Source: a bacterium
GTDB taxonomy: Bacteria > Electryoneota > Electryoneia > Electryoneales > Electryoneaceae
Assembly: GCA_963669175.1 (NCBI GenBank)
Contig: OY769902.1
Location: forward strand, 2,560,001-2,624,000
Reading direction: 5' to 3'
Length of the DNA stretch: 64,000 nucleotides
Within the stretch, counting starts at the first letter, position 1. The number at the start of each line of letters is the position of its first letter. Below are positions 51,533-61,348 of this stretch, piece after piece. Made by a program: the position numbers and the translations under genes. Under the pieces are notes generated by a model. It saw only the letters and a program-made list of their open reading frames with translations, was not told where the DNA came from and did not search any database.

Positions 51533-51739
51533 GATCCAAGCTCCTCTTTACCAGATTGCCTCAAGGGGCAGGGGGTGAATGTGTTTTCGCGAAAAAGGAA
51601 AGAGCGAACGGAGTTCTCGATCGCTCTGCTTTCGCTCCCTGGCAGATGTGTATTGCCGGCAACTTGTCTCTATAAAGAAAGCTCGGAAATACCAAGCGGT
51701 TGCACTGAAGGAAACAGGGACAGTTCTACCAGTGCGCCC

Positions 51740-51768
51740 AATATAAAGGAAGGTGTCAAGGGAGTCAA
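51740..51768 (-). promoter_or_regulatory. sigma70 promoter of arcE-arcC
   Basis: minus strand TTGACT-N17-TATATT, implying a leader of about 200 nt. Confidence 0.65.
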
Positions 51769-52013
51769 TGCTGGGGTAAGATAGAGGATTCCATGGGCTT
51801 CAAGCTTTTCGATCATCTTGAATCTCGAATTGTCGCATCAAATCTGAACTGCTATATTATTACAGAAGTCAGATTGGAAACTGCATTGACAATACTGACG
51901 GGCTCCTTTTGCCGTACTGACTCAGTGAAAATCCCGGAGTCTTGACAGAATGGCCTTTCCTGTTTTCTATCCTTGTCACTTGTGGGTTACCAGGAAAATG
52001 GAGGAGCGTATCG

Positions 52014-55000
52014 ATGGCCGATGATTTTGAATCGTCAGCAGATGATGGTAAAAGATATTTTGACACTGGTTCACACCTCGATCAACTCTCCGCAAAGAGC
52101 TTTATCGAAAACTCTCCTCTGGGTATACATCTGTACAAGCTGGAAGAAGATGACAGGCTTGTTTTCATCGGTGGTAACCCTGCTGCCGACAGAATACTGG
52201 GTATTGAAAACAGCCAGTTCATCGGGAAAACAATCGAAGAAGCTTTCCCGTTATTGATTGATACACCCATTCCCGACGAGTACAGACGTGTTGCTCAAAC
52301 GGGAAAACCTTTCACTAAAGAACAGGTTGATTATAAAGGCGAAAAGATTGTTGGAGCCTTTGAAGTACTTGCTTTCCAGGTAGCGCCCAATACAGTCGCT
52401 GCAACATTTCGTGATATTACCGAACAAAAGCAACTAGTCCAAGAAATAGATGATAAGCGCAGGGAGTGGGAATCATTTTTTAACATGATTGCTCACCCCA
52501 TTCTCATTCTTGATAAAGACCACAACATCCTTGACGCGAATAAACAGGTATGCAAACTGGCAAATGTCTCAAAGGAGCGGTTGCTCGGGAAAAAATGTTA
52601 TGAATGGTTGAAGAACTCGTCACAGGCGCAAGAAAACTGTCCATTACACAACTCTATACAGAACGGTTCCTATGCTACCTCTGAAATACAGATTGAAGCG
52701 TTTGATTCTTTCTTCACGGTAAGTTGCTCGCCAATATACAATTCTTCCGGTGAAATTGATAAAATTCTGCATATTGCGACTGATGTGACTGCCAGCAGAA
52801 AAGCGCTACAGGAGGTCGAGGACAGCAAGAAACATTACTACAATATTTTTGAAAGCGCTGAAGTTGGGATCATATACAGCAATCTGAAAGGTACTGTTCT
52901 CGATATGAATGAGAAAGTATCTGAAATTATTGGTATTCCAAGAGACGAAGTTGTTGGTAAAAATGCTGCGGAATTGGCTGTTAAGCTTGTAAAAGTAAAA
53001 GATTTGCCAATGTTGCTGAAGATTGTTAAAAATAACTTGTCCGGAAAGATAACAAGGAAATTTGATCTTCCCTATAATGATAAAATGCTTGAGATATCAG
53101 TTTCCTATAACAAGAAGAGAAAAAGAGTAACTGGATTGATCCGCGATATAACAGAACAGAGCACAATCATAGAAGCCCGAAAGAGGTCGGAAGAGAAGTA
53201 TCGAGCCCTGTTTACCAGTGCAAATGACTCCATTTTTATTACGAATATGAAGGGGCAAATTGTCGATGTAAACCCAGCAGCATGTCGTGAATACGGATAT
53301 TCCTGCGAAGAATTTCTGACGATGAGAGCGTCCGATATGCTTCATCAGGATCATGTCTCAATGCTGGAAGGATTCCAGAACGGTTTGAATGATTCCGGCT
53401 CCATCCGAGGTGAAACCGTTGACCTGAGAAAAGATGGTACTTCCATGAACGTGGAAGTAAGTGCAAACATATTCAAGTTCAATGATGAACCACATATCCT
53501 GGTATTCGTAAAGGATATCTCCGAACTAAGAAAAACGATGGTGGACCTGAACCGTGCCAAGCATGAACTCGAAACAGTGATTTCGAAAACGCCACTGGGA
53601 ATTGCAATTATCGAGCACGGAGCCAAAGTTCGTTATGTCAACCCAGTATTTGAAGAGATGTTTGGCTATAAGCTGAGTGAAGTGAGCACGTCTCAAATCT
53701 GGTTTGAAAAGCTTTATCCCGATTTAGACTATAGAAATAACGTGCAGAATCAGTGGGTGGATATTGTAAGCAAACCGGAAAATATCAGCGATGAATCGTA
53801 CGAATTTGAAATGACTACAAAGAAAGGTCAAAAAAAGCTGATTCGATTCAAACTTGCCCAGTTCGAACAAGCAACAGTTCTTCTGACAATGGAGGATATT
53901 ACTAAAGCCCGAAAAGCCGAGCTTGAGCTGCGGGAACGTGAAGCCATGCTGCGGACGATATTCCAGGCTGCTCCTATTGGGGTTGGAGAAGTAAAGAACA
54001 GGCTAATCGGGTGGACAAATGAATATCTGCAGAAACTGGTCGGATACTCTCATGATGAGTTGTTTGGAGAGGATGCCAGGGTGATATACGCCAGCGAGGA
54101 GGAGTATGCCAAGATTGGTGATGTGATGCCTTTGCTGAACACAATGGAAATGGGATCTCTCGAATCCAAGTTCAGACATAAAAACGGAAAAGTGGTAAGC
54201 GTGCTGGTAAGTGCAGCGCTCAAAGATCCTGCAAATCCTGCTGAAGGAATCATATTCACTGTACTGGACATGAGCGCGTTACGTCTGGCAGAAGAGGCAC
54301 GAACACGTATGTTCAACATGTCGATTGATATGATGTGTGTGGCTGGACTGGACGGGTACTTTAAAGAACTGAACCCTGCATGGGAACGGGTTCTAGGCTG
54401 GTCTAATGATGAGCTGATGGCGAAACCATGGATAGAATTTGTGCATCCGGATGACAGGGAAACCACAATCGATGCGGGGAAAAACCTCGGAGTAGGAATC
54501 CAGGAAATTAACTTCGAAAACCGCTATATCTGCAAGGATGGCTCTTTTAAATGGATTTCATGGAGTACCTTTCCTGTTGTTGAAGAAGGTATCGCATTTG
54601 CCATCGCCAGGGATATAACGGCGAAAAAGGAAATGCGACGCCTTGAAATCCTGCAGCGTGACCTGGCAATGAACCTGGGAAATGCAGATAACCTGATGGA
54701 AGCCTTTCAGGCCTGCGTTGAATTTGGCATTGTCGTATCCGATATGGATTCCGGAGCTGTTTACCTTTTGGATGAAGATGGAAACGCACGACTGGAATAC
54801 ACAAAAGGATTAAGCCAGGCGTTTGAACAGGCAGTCGCTTTCTATGCTGCAGATTCGATTAACGTACAAATGATCATGCAGGGGAAAGCAATGCACGCGA
54901 ACATTGTGGATTTCGGTGAAGCAGTTAAAGACCTGAGCGAATTTGAATCATTAAGAGCTGTATCCTTTGTCCCTGTTATTGACGAAAATGATATTATCGG

Positions 55001-56633
55001 TGTGATGAACTTTGCTTCTCATCATGTTGACTCTATCCCGGAATCACAGCAACAGGCGCTTGAGCTCCTGGGATCGCAGGTGGGCGGTGTACTCTCACGG
55101 TTGCGCGCAGAAGAAGCGCTTCGTGAAAGTGAAGAGAATTATCGCATGATTCTCGACAACTCACTCGAAGGAATTTTCCTGCTTCAAAACGATCACATTG
55201 TGTTCTGTAACCTCCAGTTTGCACTCATGTGGGGATATAGCGACGAAACTGCGATAACCGGAGTCCCATATAAGAGTCTTGTCGCAAGTGAAGATATACC
55301 ACTTGTTGAGAAGTCTGTGAAGCGACTTCTGGAAGGTGAGCTTCCAGTAACCCACGTCACATTCAATGCCGTTCGGGGCAATGGATCTGAGTTTGAAGTG
55401 GAAGCGCTTGCTTCCAGTGTCACATTCAAGGGGCTGCCAGCAGTTCAGGGCGCCATACGGGATGTTTCGGAACAACGCAAGCTGGAAGCGCAATTGACCC
55501 AGGCCCAGAAAATGGAATCAATCGGACGTCTTGCCGGGGGAGTGGCGCATGATTTCAACAACTTGCTGACCGCTATCTCCGGTACGGCGGAAATGATGCA
55601 ACTGGAAATGAGCGAGAACGATCCTTTCTTTGATGACACAGAACAAATCCTGAAAACTTCTGCACGTGCCGCAGAATTGACGCGTCAACTTCTCGCCTTC
55701 AGCCGTAAGCAAGTGATTAAACCACGTGTGCTTGATCTGAACCATTCCATTGAAGTGCTGGATCGTATGCTCAGACGTCTGATCGGTGAAGACATCCGCC
55801 TTGTACTGGATTTGCAGGAAGCGCTCTGGCCTATAAAGGCTGATCCCGTACAAATTGAGCAGATCCTGGTGAACCTTGCGGTGAATTCACGTGATGCCAT
55901 GCCCAAAGGAGGCTTGCTGTCGATCAAGACGGAAAACAGGATTGTGGATGATGATCAGGCAAGAACCATTTTCGAAGGTGAGCCCGGTCATTACATCTGC
56001 CTCGCCGTTTCCGATACCGGGGAAGGCATTGCACCGGAGGTTCTGGAACATATCTTCGAACCGTTTTTTACAACGAAACCCAAGGAGCACGGTACCGGAC
56101 TTGGGCTGTCAACGGTTTATGGTGTGGTCAAGCAAAACAAGGGAATGATCACCTGTTACAGCGAAATCGGCAACGGCACTACGTTCCGGGTATACCTGCC
56201 TCGAGAAGCATCTGAAGAAGTTGAAGATATCGAAGAAGAATCCATTACCGCCAAGCTGGAAGGAAACGAAAATATACTTGTAGTGGAAGATGAAGACGTG
56301 GTTCGTGATCTTGCAGAACGTACTCTTCGCCAATATGGTTACCAGGTGCTCACCGCTGCGACCGGGGGAGATGCACTGCTGCTGGTACAACGGTTTGAAT
56401 CTCCGGTGGATCTTGTGCTGACCGATGTGATCATGCCTAACCTGAGCGGGCCTGAGCTGATCGATATTATCCGTGAACACCGCCCTGATATGAAAGTGCT
56501 GTTCATGTCCGGGTATACCGAAGATGTACTGGCGCACCGAGGTATACTGGATGAACAGGTGGACTACATCAGCAAACCTTTCCGTCCCAAGGCACTGCTT
56601 GAAAGAATACGCACGATCCTTGACCGGGAGTAA
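52014..56633 (+). CDS. cytoplasmic hybrid histidine kinase, ~8 PAS + GAF + HisKA + HATPase + REC
   Basis: eight PAS..DI/VT-type modules; QKMESIGRLAGGVAHDFNNLL, NSRDAM, DTG.G, FEPFFTTK, GTGLGL, TDVIMP; GGAGG RBS. Confidence 0.93.
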   Translation: MADDFESSADDGKRYFDTGSHLDQLSAKSFIENSPLGIHLYKLEEDDRLVFIGGNPAADRILGIENSQFIGKTIEEAFPLLIDTPIPDEYRRVAQTGKPFTKEQVDYKGEKIVGAFEVLAFQVAPNTVAATFRDITEQKQLVQEIDDKRREWESFFNMIAHPILILDKDHNILDANKQVCKLANVSKERLLGKKCYEWLKNSSQAQENCPLHNSIQNGSYATSEIQIEAFDSFFTVSCSPIYNSSGEIDKILHIATDVTASRKALQEVEDSKKHYYNIFESAEVGIIYSNLKGTVLDMNEKVSEIIGIPRDEVVGKNAAELAVKLVKVKDLPMLLKIVKNNLSGKITRKFDLPYNDKMLEISVSYNKKRKRVTGLIRDITEQSTIIEARKRSEEKYRALFTSANDSIFITNMKGQIVDVNPAACREYGYSCEEFLTMRASDMLHQDHVSMLEGFQNGLNDSGSIRGETVDLRKDGTSMNVEVSANIFKFNDEPHILVFVKDISELRKTMVDLNRAKHELETVISKTPLGIAIIEHGAKVRYVNPVFEEMFGYKLSEVSTSQIWFEKLYPDLDYRNNVQNQWVDIVSKPENISDESYEFEMTTKKGQKKLIRFKLAQFEQATVLLTMEDITKARKAELELREREAMLRTIFQAAPIGVGEVKNRLIGWTNEYLQKLVGYSHDELFGEDARVIYASEEEYAKIGDVMPLLNTMEMGSLESKFRHKNGKVVSVLVSAALKDPANPAEGIIFTVLDMSALRLAEEARTRMFNMSIDMMCVAGLDGYFKELNPAWERVLGWSNDELMAKPWIEFVHPDDRETTIDAGKNLGVGIQEINFENRYICKDGSFKWISWSTFPVVEEGIAFAIARDITAKKEMRRLEILQRDLAMNLGNADNLMEAFQACVEFGIVVSDMDSGAVYLLDEDGNARLEYTKGLSQAFEQAVAFYAADSINVQMIMQGKAMHANIVDFGEAVKDLSEFESLRAVSFVPVIDENDIIGVMNFASHHVDSIPESQQQALELLGSQVGGVLSRLRAEEALRESEENYRMILDNSLEGIFLLQNDHIVFCNLQFALMWGYSDETAITGVPYKSLVASEDIPLVEKSVKRLLEGELPVTHVTFNAVRGNGSEFEVEALASSVTFKGLPAVQGAIRDVSEQRKLEAQLTQAQKMESIGRLAGGVAHDFNNLLTAISGTAEMMQLEMSENDPFFDDTEQILKTSARAAELTRQLLAFSRKQVIKPRVLDLNHSIEVLDRMLRRLIGEDIRLVLDLQEALWPIKADPVQIEQILVNLAVNSRDAMPKGGLLSIKTENRIVDDDQARTIFEGEPGHYICLAVSDTGEGIAPEVLEHIFEPFFTTKPKEHGTGLGLSTVYGVVKQNKGMITCYSEIGNGTTFRVYLPREASEEVEDIEEESITAKLEGNENILVVEDEDVVRDLAERTLRQYGYQVLTAATGGDALLLVQRFESPVDLVLTDVIMPNLSGPELIDIIREHRPDMKVLFMSGYTEDVLAHRGILDEQVDYISKPFRPKALLERIRTILDRE

Positions 56634-56705
56634 TTCTGACGCAGTATTGATACACTCCGATTATATGGATATCTCGAATACTATGGCAGATTATAGTGGG
56701 GCAGG

Positions 56706-57224
56706 CTAAAACCGGACCCGTTTCCTGTACGCCAGGTATTGCTCTCCATAGTGGTCCACGAGTTTCTTTTCCTCCATCACCTGCCAGTAGAACACATGGA
56801 CTATGCCGAATAAACCCAGGGCAAGACTGGCGAAGGAACCACGATACAGCGGGAAACCAACCAGCCAGAGGATAAATCCAACGTACATCGGATGCCGGAA
56901 CAGGCGGAAAAGTCCACGCTCGATCAGTGCATCGGTCTTCTCCATGCCGCGCAGTTGAATTGTGGTTCCAACGAACAATAGCACGCCAAGCAGGGAAAGC
57001 GCCAATCCCAGGATATGGATGAAAGCGGGAAGCTCGAAAAGGTGGGGGTCGTAATCGGGCAGCGTGAACCAGCTCATCCATATCGCCGTCATATTCAGGA
57101 ACACCAGAGAAAAGACGAACCATCCGATACGACGCAGGGGGTGATGTCTGATCACAAATTCGTAAAGACTACGCGCGAACAGGGTTGCGTTGAATATGCC
57201 TGCCACGAGTATAAAGGTAGCCAT
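56706..57224 (-). CDS. isoprenylcysteine carboxyl methyltransferase/PEMT family membrane protein
   Basis: LIERG.F...RHPMY.G, EEK.L...YGEQY..Y; AAGGAGG RBS. Confidence 0.85.
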   Translation of the reverse strand: MATFILVAGIFNATLFARSLYEFVIRHHPLRRIGWFVFSLVFLNMTAIWMSWFTLPDYDPHLFELPAFIHILGLALSLLGVLLFVGTTIQLRGMEKTDALIERGLFRLFRHPMYVGFILWLVGFPLYRGSFASLALGLFGIVHVFYWQVMEEKKLVDHYGEQYLAYRKRVRF

Positions 57225-57600
57225 GACTGTCCTCCTTTGTGTACAGGAGAAAGTAAACAACTGATTACAGGATTAAATGAGCATTATTGCCTGTCATCCC
57301 CTCCTCTCGAAGGTGGAGATCAAACGGGGTTATGGAGCTACGAACTACCTCTCATCCCTGTCTTAAACGGGGATCTCGAGCGATGCAATGAGTGCCAGTT
57401 CATCCTTCATTCACGCTTGAGCATCTGAAATATCAATGCGTGAAACAGCGTAAGTCAACAAAATATCTGACTTTTTGCAACTGATTTTCGTGAACGGGAT
57501 ACCCGTTGCAGGTACTCTGACATTATTCCGGTATCCAGTGCGGCGCAGGACCATTTGAATGGGTATATTGCATCCGAATTGATCTCACGGGAGCCCGAAC

Positions 57601-58167
57601 ATGCGTAACCTGACTGTAGTTGTTTTGTTCTTCGGATTGATCATTGCCGGATGCCAGACGATCTCACCGCCGGAAGCCGTACATCCTTCCGCCAACAGCG
57701 ATCCGGTCACCATTTCCGGGCACAAGTATTTCCAGGACGCGTATGTGGACAGCGCCGTCTGCGCAGAGCTACTCTATGTCCCCATTTACAGCGATGTGTT
57801 CTACCTGGATGAGAAGCGAACCCTGTTACTGGCCGCGACACTCTCGATTCATAACGTGGATCTCGATCATCCCATCACTCTGACCGCTGTGGATTATTAC
57901 GATCACAAGGGACGTTTTCTGCGAACCTTCCTGGAGAAACCGCGGACGATCCAGCCTTTGGAGACGGTCAATTTTGTGGTGGAAGAGCAGGACCGCAGCG
58001 GTGGCCCCGGAGCGAATTTCCTGGTGGAGTGGGTGTCGGACAATACCGTCCAGAGCCCGATCGTGGAAGCGCTGATGATCACCGGACGCAGTAATTACGG
58101 TATATCCTTCATGACCTCCGGAAAGGTGTTGAAATCACACGGCTGCATGACGACAACAGCACCATAA
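57601..58167 (+). CDS. DUF3124 domain lipoprotein
   Basis: lipobox IAGC; YVPIYS, LSIHN.D, DYYD..G, D.SGG.GANF.VEW, P.VEALM. Confidence 0.8.
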   Translation: MRNLTVVVLFFGLIIAGCQTISPPEAVHPSANSDPVTISGHKYFQDAYVDSAVCAELLYVPIYSDVFYLDEKRTLLLAATLSIHNVDLDHPITLTAVDYYDHKGRFLRTFLEKPRTIQPLETVNFVVEEQDRSGGPGANFLVEWVSDNTVQSPIVEALMITGRSNYGISFMTSGKVLKSHGCMTTTAP

Positions 58168-58444
58168 AAGCAGGACAGTATCAGAAGTTATCTGTAGGAA
58201 ACTGACGTTGCAGGCCATACAAATTATAGTCAACAGTTGTTTCATGTCTTATCAATACTGTCTTGAACAAGCGGGCTGAAAGTGAGCATGTTCCTGAATA
58301 TGGGGATACAGGTTTGATCTGTGCACCCGGAGCCTCTCCCGGGGTTCTTGCGTCATGGAGGGGAGCGTTGTATCTTTGCGCTTCGTTACGGGCAATCACA
58401 CAGGACTTGCATTTCCTGTCAATTCCGTACTACTTTTTCAGAAC

Positions 58445-58517
<73 letters not shown>

Positions 58518-58522
58518 CCTTT

Positions 58523-58548
58523 AAGGCCGGGCATTTGCCCGGCTTTTT
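58523..58548 (+). terminator. intrinsic terminator after tRNA-Phe
   Basis: GCCGGGCA-t-TTGCCCGGC followed by TTTTT. Confidence 0.8.
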
Positions 58549-58915
58549 GCGTTTTGGTTTCGGCAGGTGCTTCTATATATGGCGACCAATAAGAGGGTGG
58601 ATCTGTCATAAAGATCTTGTGGTTTCGAGTTAAGGAGCGATCGCAGCCAGAAGCTCGATGGACACCTGCATAAATAGAACGTGACAGTAAAAATTATCCA
58701 CAAGGACTCCAGGAAAATGACTCTCCCAATCCACGTATCAAAATAAATTGCAACACTGCAAAATCTCCGATTCTTCGATGATGACAGGAAATACTGTGTA
58801 GACAAACTCAAAAATTACTACCCCTTGGAGCGCAAAGAATGAGTCAAATCTAATTGAGAATGTCGTATATTTAACCCTACCTTGATACGGTTTTACATGA
58901 TAGCGAATCGGTTCG

Positions 58916-59734
58916 ATGACCCTAAAAGATCCCCCACCCATTGGCGCATACACCTCGGAAAGTGTGAATGCCGAAGATGAAATGAGGAAGCGACGTATTC
59001 TGCTTATGTCGTTATATATCCTCGTGCCCGCTATTTTCGCCTTCATGGTCTGGGAGTACTTTTTCAAGGACAGTTATGAGTGGCTGATAGACCTTGCCCT
59101 GGTTATTCTCCTGACGATTAACCTGGTTGCAATCAAAATGGACAAGAGTTTTATCCCCTTCCTACGTGCTACTCTTGGCTTTATTCTCGTGATTTTTGCG
59201 ATTGGACTGGTAACCGGGGCGGGGGATGGCATGTCCTTTGTCTGGTACTATGTCATGCCGATCGGGTTGTTTTTCATGTTCGGCCACCGTGAAGGATTGC
59301 TGTGGGTGGCTGCCACGGGTATCGTAGGCGCGGTCTGCCTGTTCCTGCCGTTCGGGTACGAGTACAACAATGCGATTTCCGCCCGTTTCCTGGTAAACTA
59401 TACGGTTATTGCCGGGGTTGCCTACGGACTGGAAGAAGCGCGGTATTATTTCGCCAAGCGTCTGTTCGAGGAAAAAAAGGAACTGGAAGACCGGCTCAAC
59501 CAGATACGCACCCTGCATGGCCTGCTGCCTATCTGTGCACACTGCAAGAAAATTCGTGATGATTCGGGGTACTGGAACCAGTTGGAGACCTATATCAGCG
59601 ATCACTCCGACGCTGTATTTTCACATGGTTTGTGTCCGACCTGCATGGAAAAACTGTATCCTGAATACAGCGGACGTTTGGAAGACATTGACATTATCCA
59701 TGCACATCAGGATAGCGAAGACCGCTCCATCTGA
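58916..59734 (+). CDS. multi-TM membrane protein with a C-terminal Cys/His (LLPIC..CK.IRD...SHG.CP.C) domain
   Basis: 5-6 TM helices, coiled coil, then LLPICAHCKKIRDDSGYW...FSHGLCPTC. Confidence 0.8.
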   Translation: MTLKDPPPIGAYTSESVNAEDEMRKRRILLMSLYILVPAIFAFMVWEYFFKDSYEWLIDLALVILLTINLVAIKMDKSFIPFLRATLGFILVIFAIGLVTGAGDGMSFVWYYVMPIGLFFMFGHREGLLWVAATGIVGAVCLFLPFGYEYNNAISARFLVNYTVIAGVAYGLEEARYYFAKRLFEEKKELEDRLNQIRTLHGLLPICAHCKKIRDDSGYWNQLETYISDHSDAVFSHGLCPTCMEKLYPEYSGRLEDIDIIHAHQDSEDRSI

Positions 59735-59799
59735 CAGGTATCTTTCAGCTCAATCCATTACATTACTTTTCCCGACACGTAAACATTGTGGAGACACAA

Positions 59800-60432
59800 A
59801 TGGATAGCATTTCTGTGCATGATGATTATGCTTCCACCTACGAAGCAGAAGCGGACAAGCTAAACTATACCGGGCCGGAGCTGCTTTTTGGCCTGTGTCA
59901 TAGCTATCTGAAGCCCGGGCAGAACATGCTTGACCTGGGAATCGGGACCGGATTGTGCGCGGAGCCTTTCACACGTTTCGGCTTGACGGTTCACGGTATG
60001 GACGGTGCGCCAGCCATGATGGAGATCTGCAAGCAGAAAAACCGTGCCAGTGAGTTCACCCAGTGGAACCTGGCCGAGTTTCCGTATCCCATGGAAGATG
60101 AACAGTTTGACCATGTAATGTGCTGCGGTGTGCTGCATTTCTTCGAGGATATTTCCGGGATTATTACAGAGTGTGCGCGACTGGTCAAACCGGGGGGAAG
60201 TGTAAGCCTGATGGTTCTGAGAGGGCATCGTGACCACGGCGAACCGGATGAAAACGTCGTCCTGCATTCAACCACGCCAATTTCGTTCTGGCAACACCGG
60301 TTGGAACATGTCAGCGCCTTGGGCAGGGACAAAGGACTCGCCCTGAGGAAGAGTGCTTATTATTTGATGGAGGATGGCGGGGAACCGTCCGAAGAGCTGG
60401 TCTTTACCCTGGCGGTGCTGCAGAAAGTGTGA
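59800..60432 (+). CDS. class I SAM-dependent methyltransferase
   Basis: LDLGIGTG motif I, GMD....M, FD.V...GVL. Confidence 0.88.
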   Translation: MDSISVHDDYASTYEAEADKLNYTGPELLFGLCHSYLKPGQNMLDLGIGTGLCAEPFTRFGLTVHGMDGAPAMMEICKQKNRASEFTQWNLAEFPYPMEDEQFDHVMCCGVLHFFEDISGIITECARLVKPGGSVSLMVLRGHRDHGEPDENVVLHSTTPISFWQHRLEHVSALGRDKGLALRKSAYYLMEDGGEPSEELVFTLAVLQKV

Positions 60433-60437
60433 AAAAG

Positions 60438-60472
60438 ATCCAGGGACAGTATGAGAAAAACTGTCCCTGGAT
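60438..60472. repeat. GGGACAG-type hairpin (REP-like or terminator)
   Basis: ATCCAGGGACAGT / ACTGTCCCTGGAT, perfect 13-bp stem. Confidence 0.6.
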
Positions 60473-60545
60473 TAGAAGGTTCGTTCTCGATATCCCCGTT
60501 CAACAAGCTGTATCAGAATCAGCTACACTTTTATCCCTACCTTCC

Positions 60546-60842
60546 AGACAGTCTCAGAATCACTGATGTTTTCATTCCAGCGAAGCAGACTGTATCAGAA
60601 TGTCCGATAGTCTCATTCCTTCGAAGGAAGGAACCGAAGCTTGCGGTGTCCCGTCTGTTTGGGACAGCCGTAAATCCAGTCATATTGCGATATTACAGAG
60701 GTTAAGTATTCTCATGAAGCGCGGTACATTGCTAGCCGTTTATATGTGCAACTTGTTGTATTGTCGATGCTTGCCTGGATCCCCATCTTCATGGGGATGA
60801 AAGTGTAGCCTATTCTTATACAGTCTGCTTCGCTGGGATGAA
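60546..60842. repeat. family R1 copy 2 with 31-bp inverted ends
   Basis: 60571-60601 and 60812-60842 are inverted (2 mismatches); the core matches 5160-5302. Confidence 0.8.
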
Positions 60843-61014
60843 TGGCTAGCCCGAATATTTCATGAACGAAACAAGGATTATGATTGTAACACAGTCCATA
60901 TCGGCACAATGCAACTGAATCATACAGCATTTTTCAGGGTTCAGTTTGCTCCGGTATCCCTTAACGTGTGTATTCCCTGTTTCTCTGGCAAACTGAGGCT
61001 GAGTTTCGGAAACC

Positions 61015-61263
61015 GCCCCGGCAGGGGCAACCTGTATTAGCCCCGGGCAGCCGCCGTCAGTTTGGCGGCTACCCGGGGAGATAATGCGCACAATATATTT
61101 ACTCCGGAAGGAGTAACCTGATAATTATCAAAAGTATACAGTGGTGATATTTAGGTAACCCGCTGCCGGGGTTGGCAAGTAGCGTACATCCTATTCCCAC
61201 CGTGAGCGCCAAACAGACGGCGCTGGACGGTGGGCTAATACAGAGAACCACTGCCGTGGTTCT
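61015..61263. repeat. inverted pair of covarying double-hairpin REP-like units (family R3)
   Basis: both units read hairpin(CGGCAG)-CTGTATTAGCC-hairpin(GCCGTC.GTTTGGC), on opposite strands. Confidence 0.75.
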
Positions 61264-61348
61264 AGTACTGGCCGTTCCATCAAGTATCACATTGAAATTG
61301 CCATTGGTGAGATATTCGGGCTAATCACAACACCAATCAGCGATGCGT

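Noticed and set aside
50027-51784. 585-aa plus-strand ORF
   Set aside because: Antisense shadow of the arcE-like gene, with no recognisable motifs
57290-57380. Degenerate TCCCCTCCT...GGGG palindromic repeat
   Set aside because: Too decayed and single-copy in this window to support
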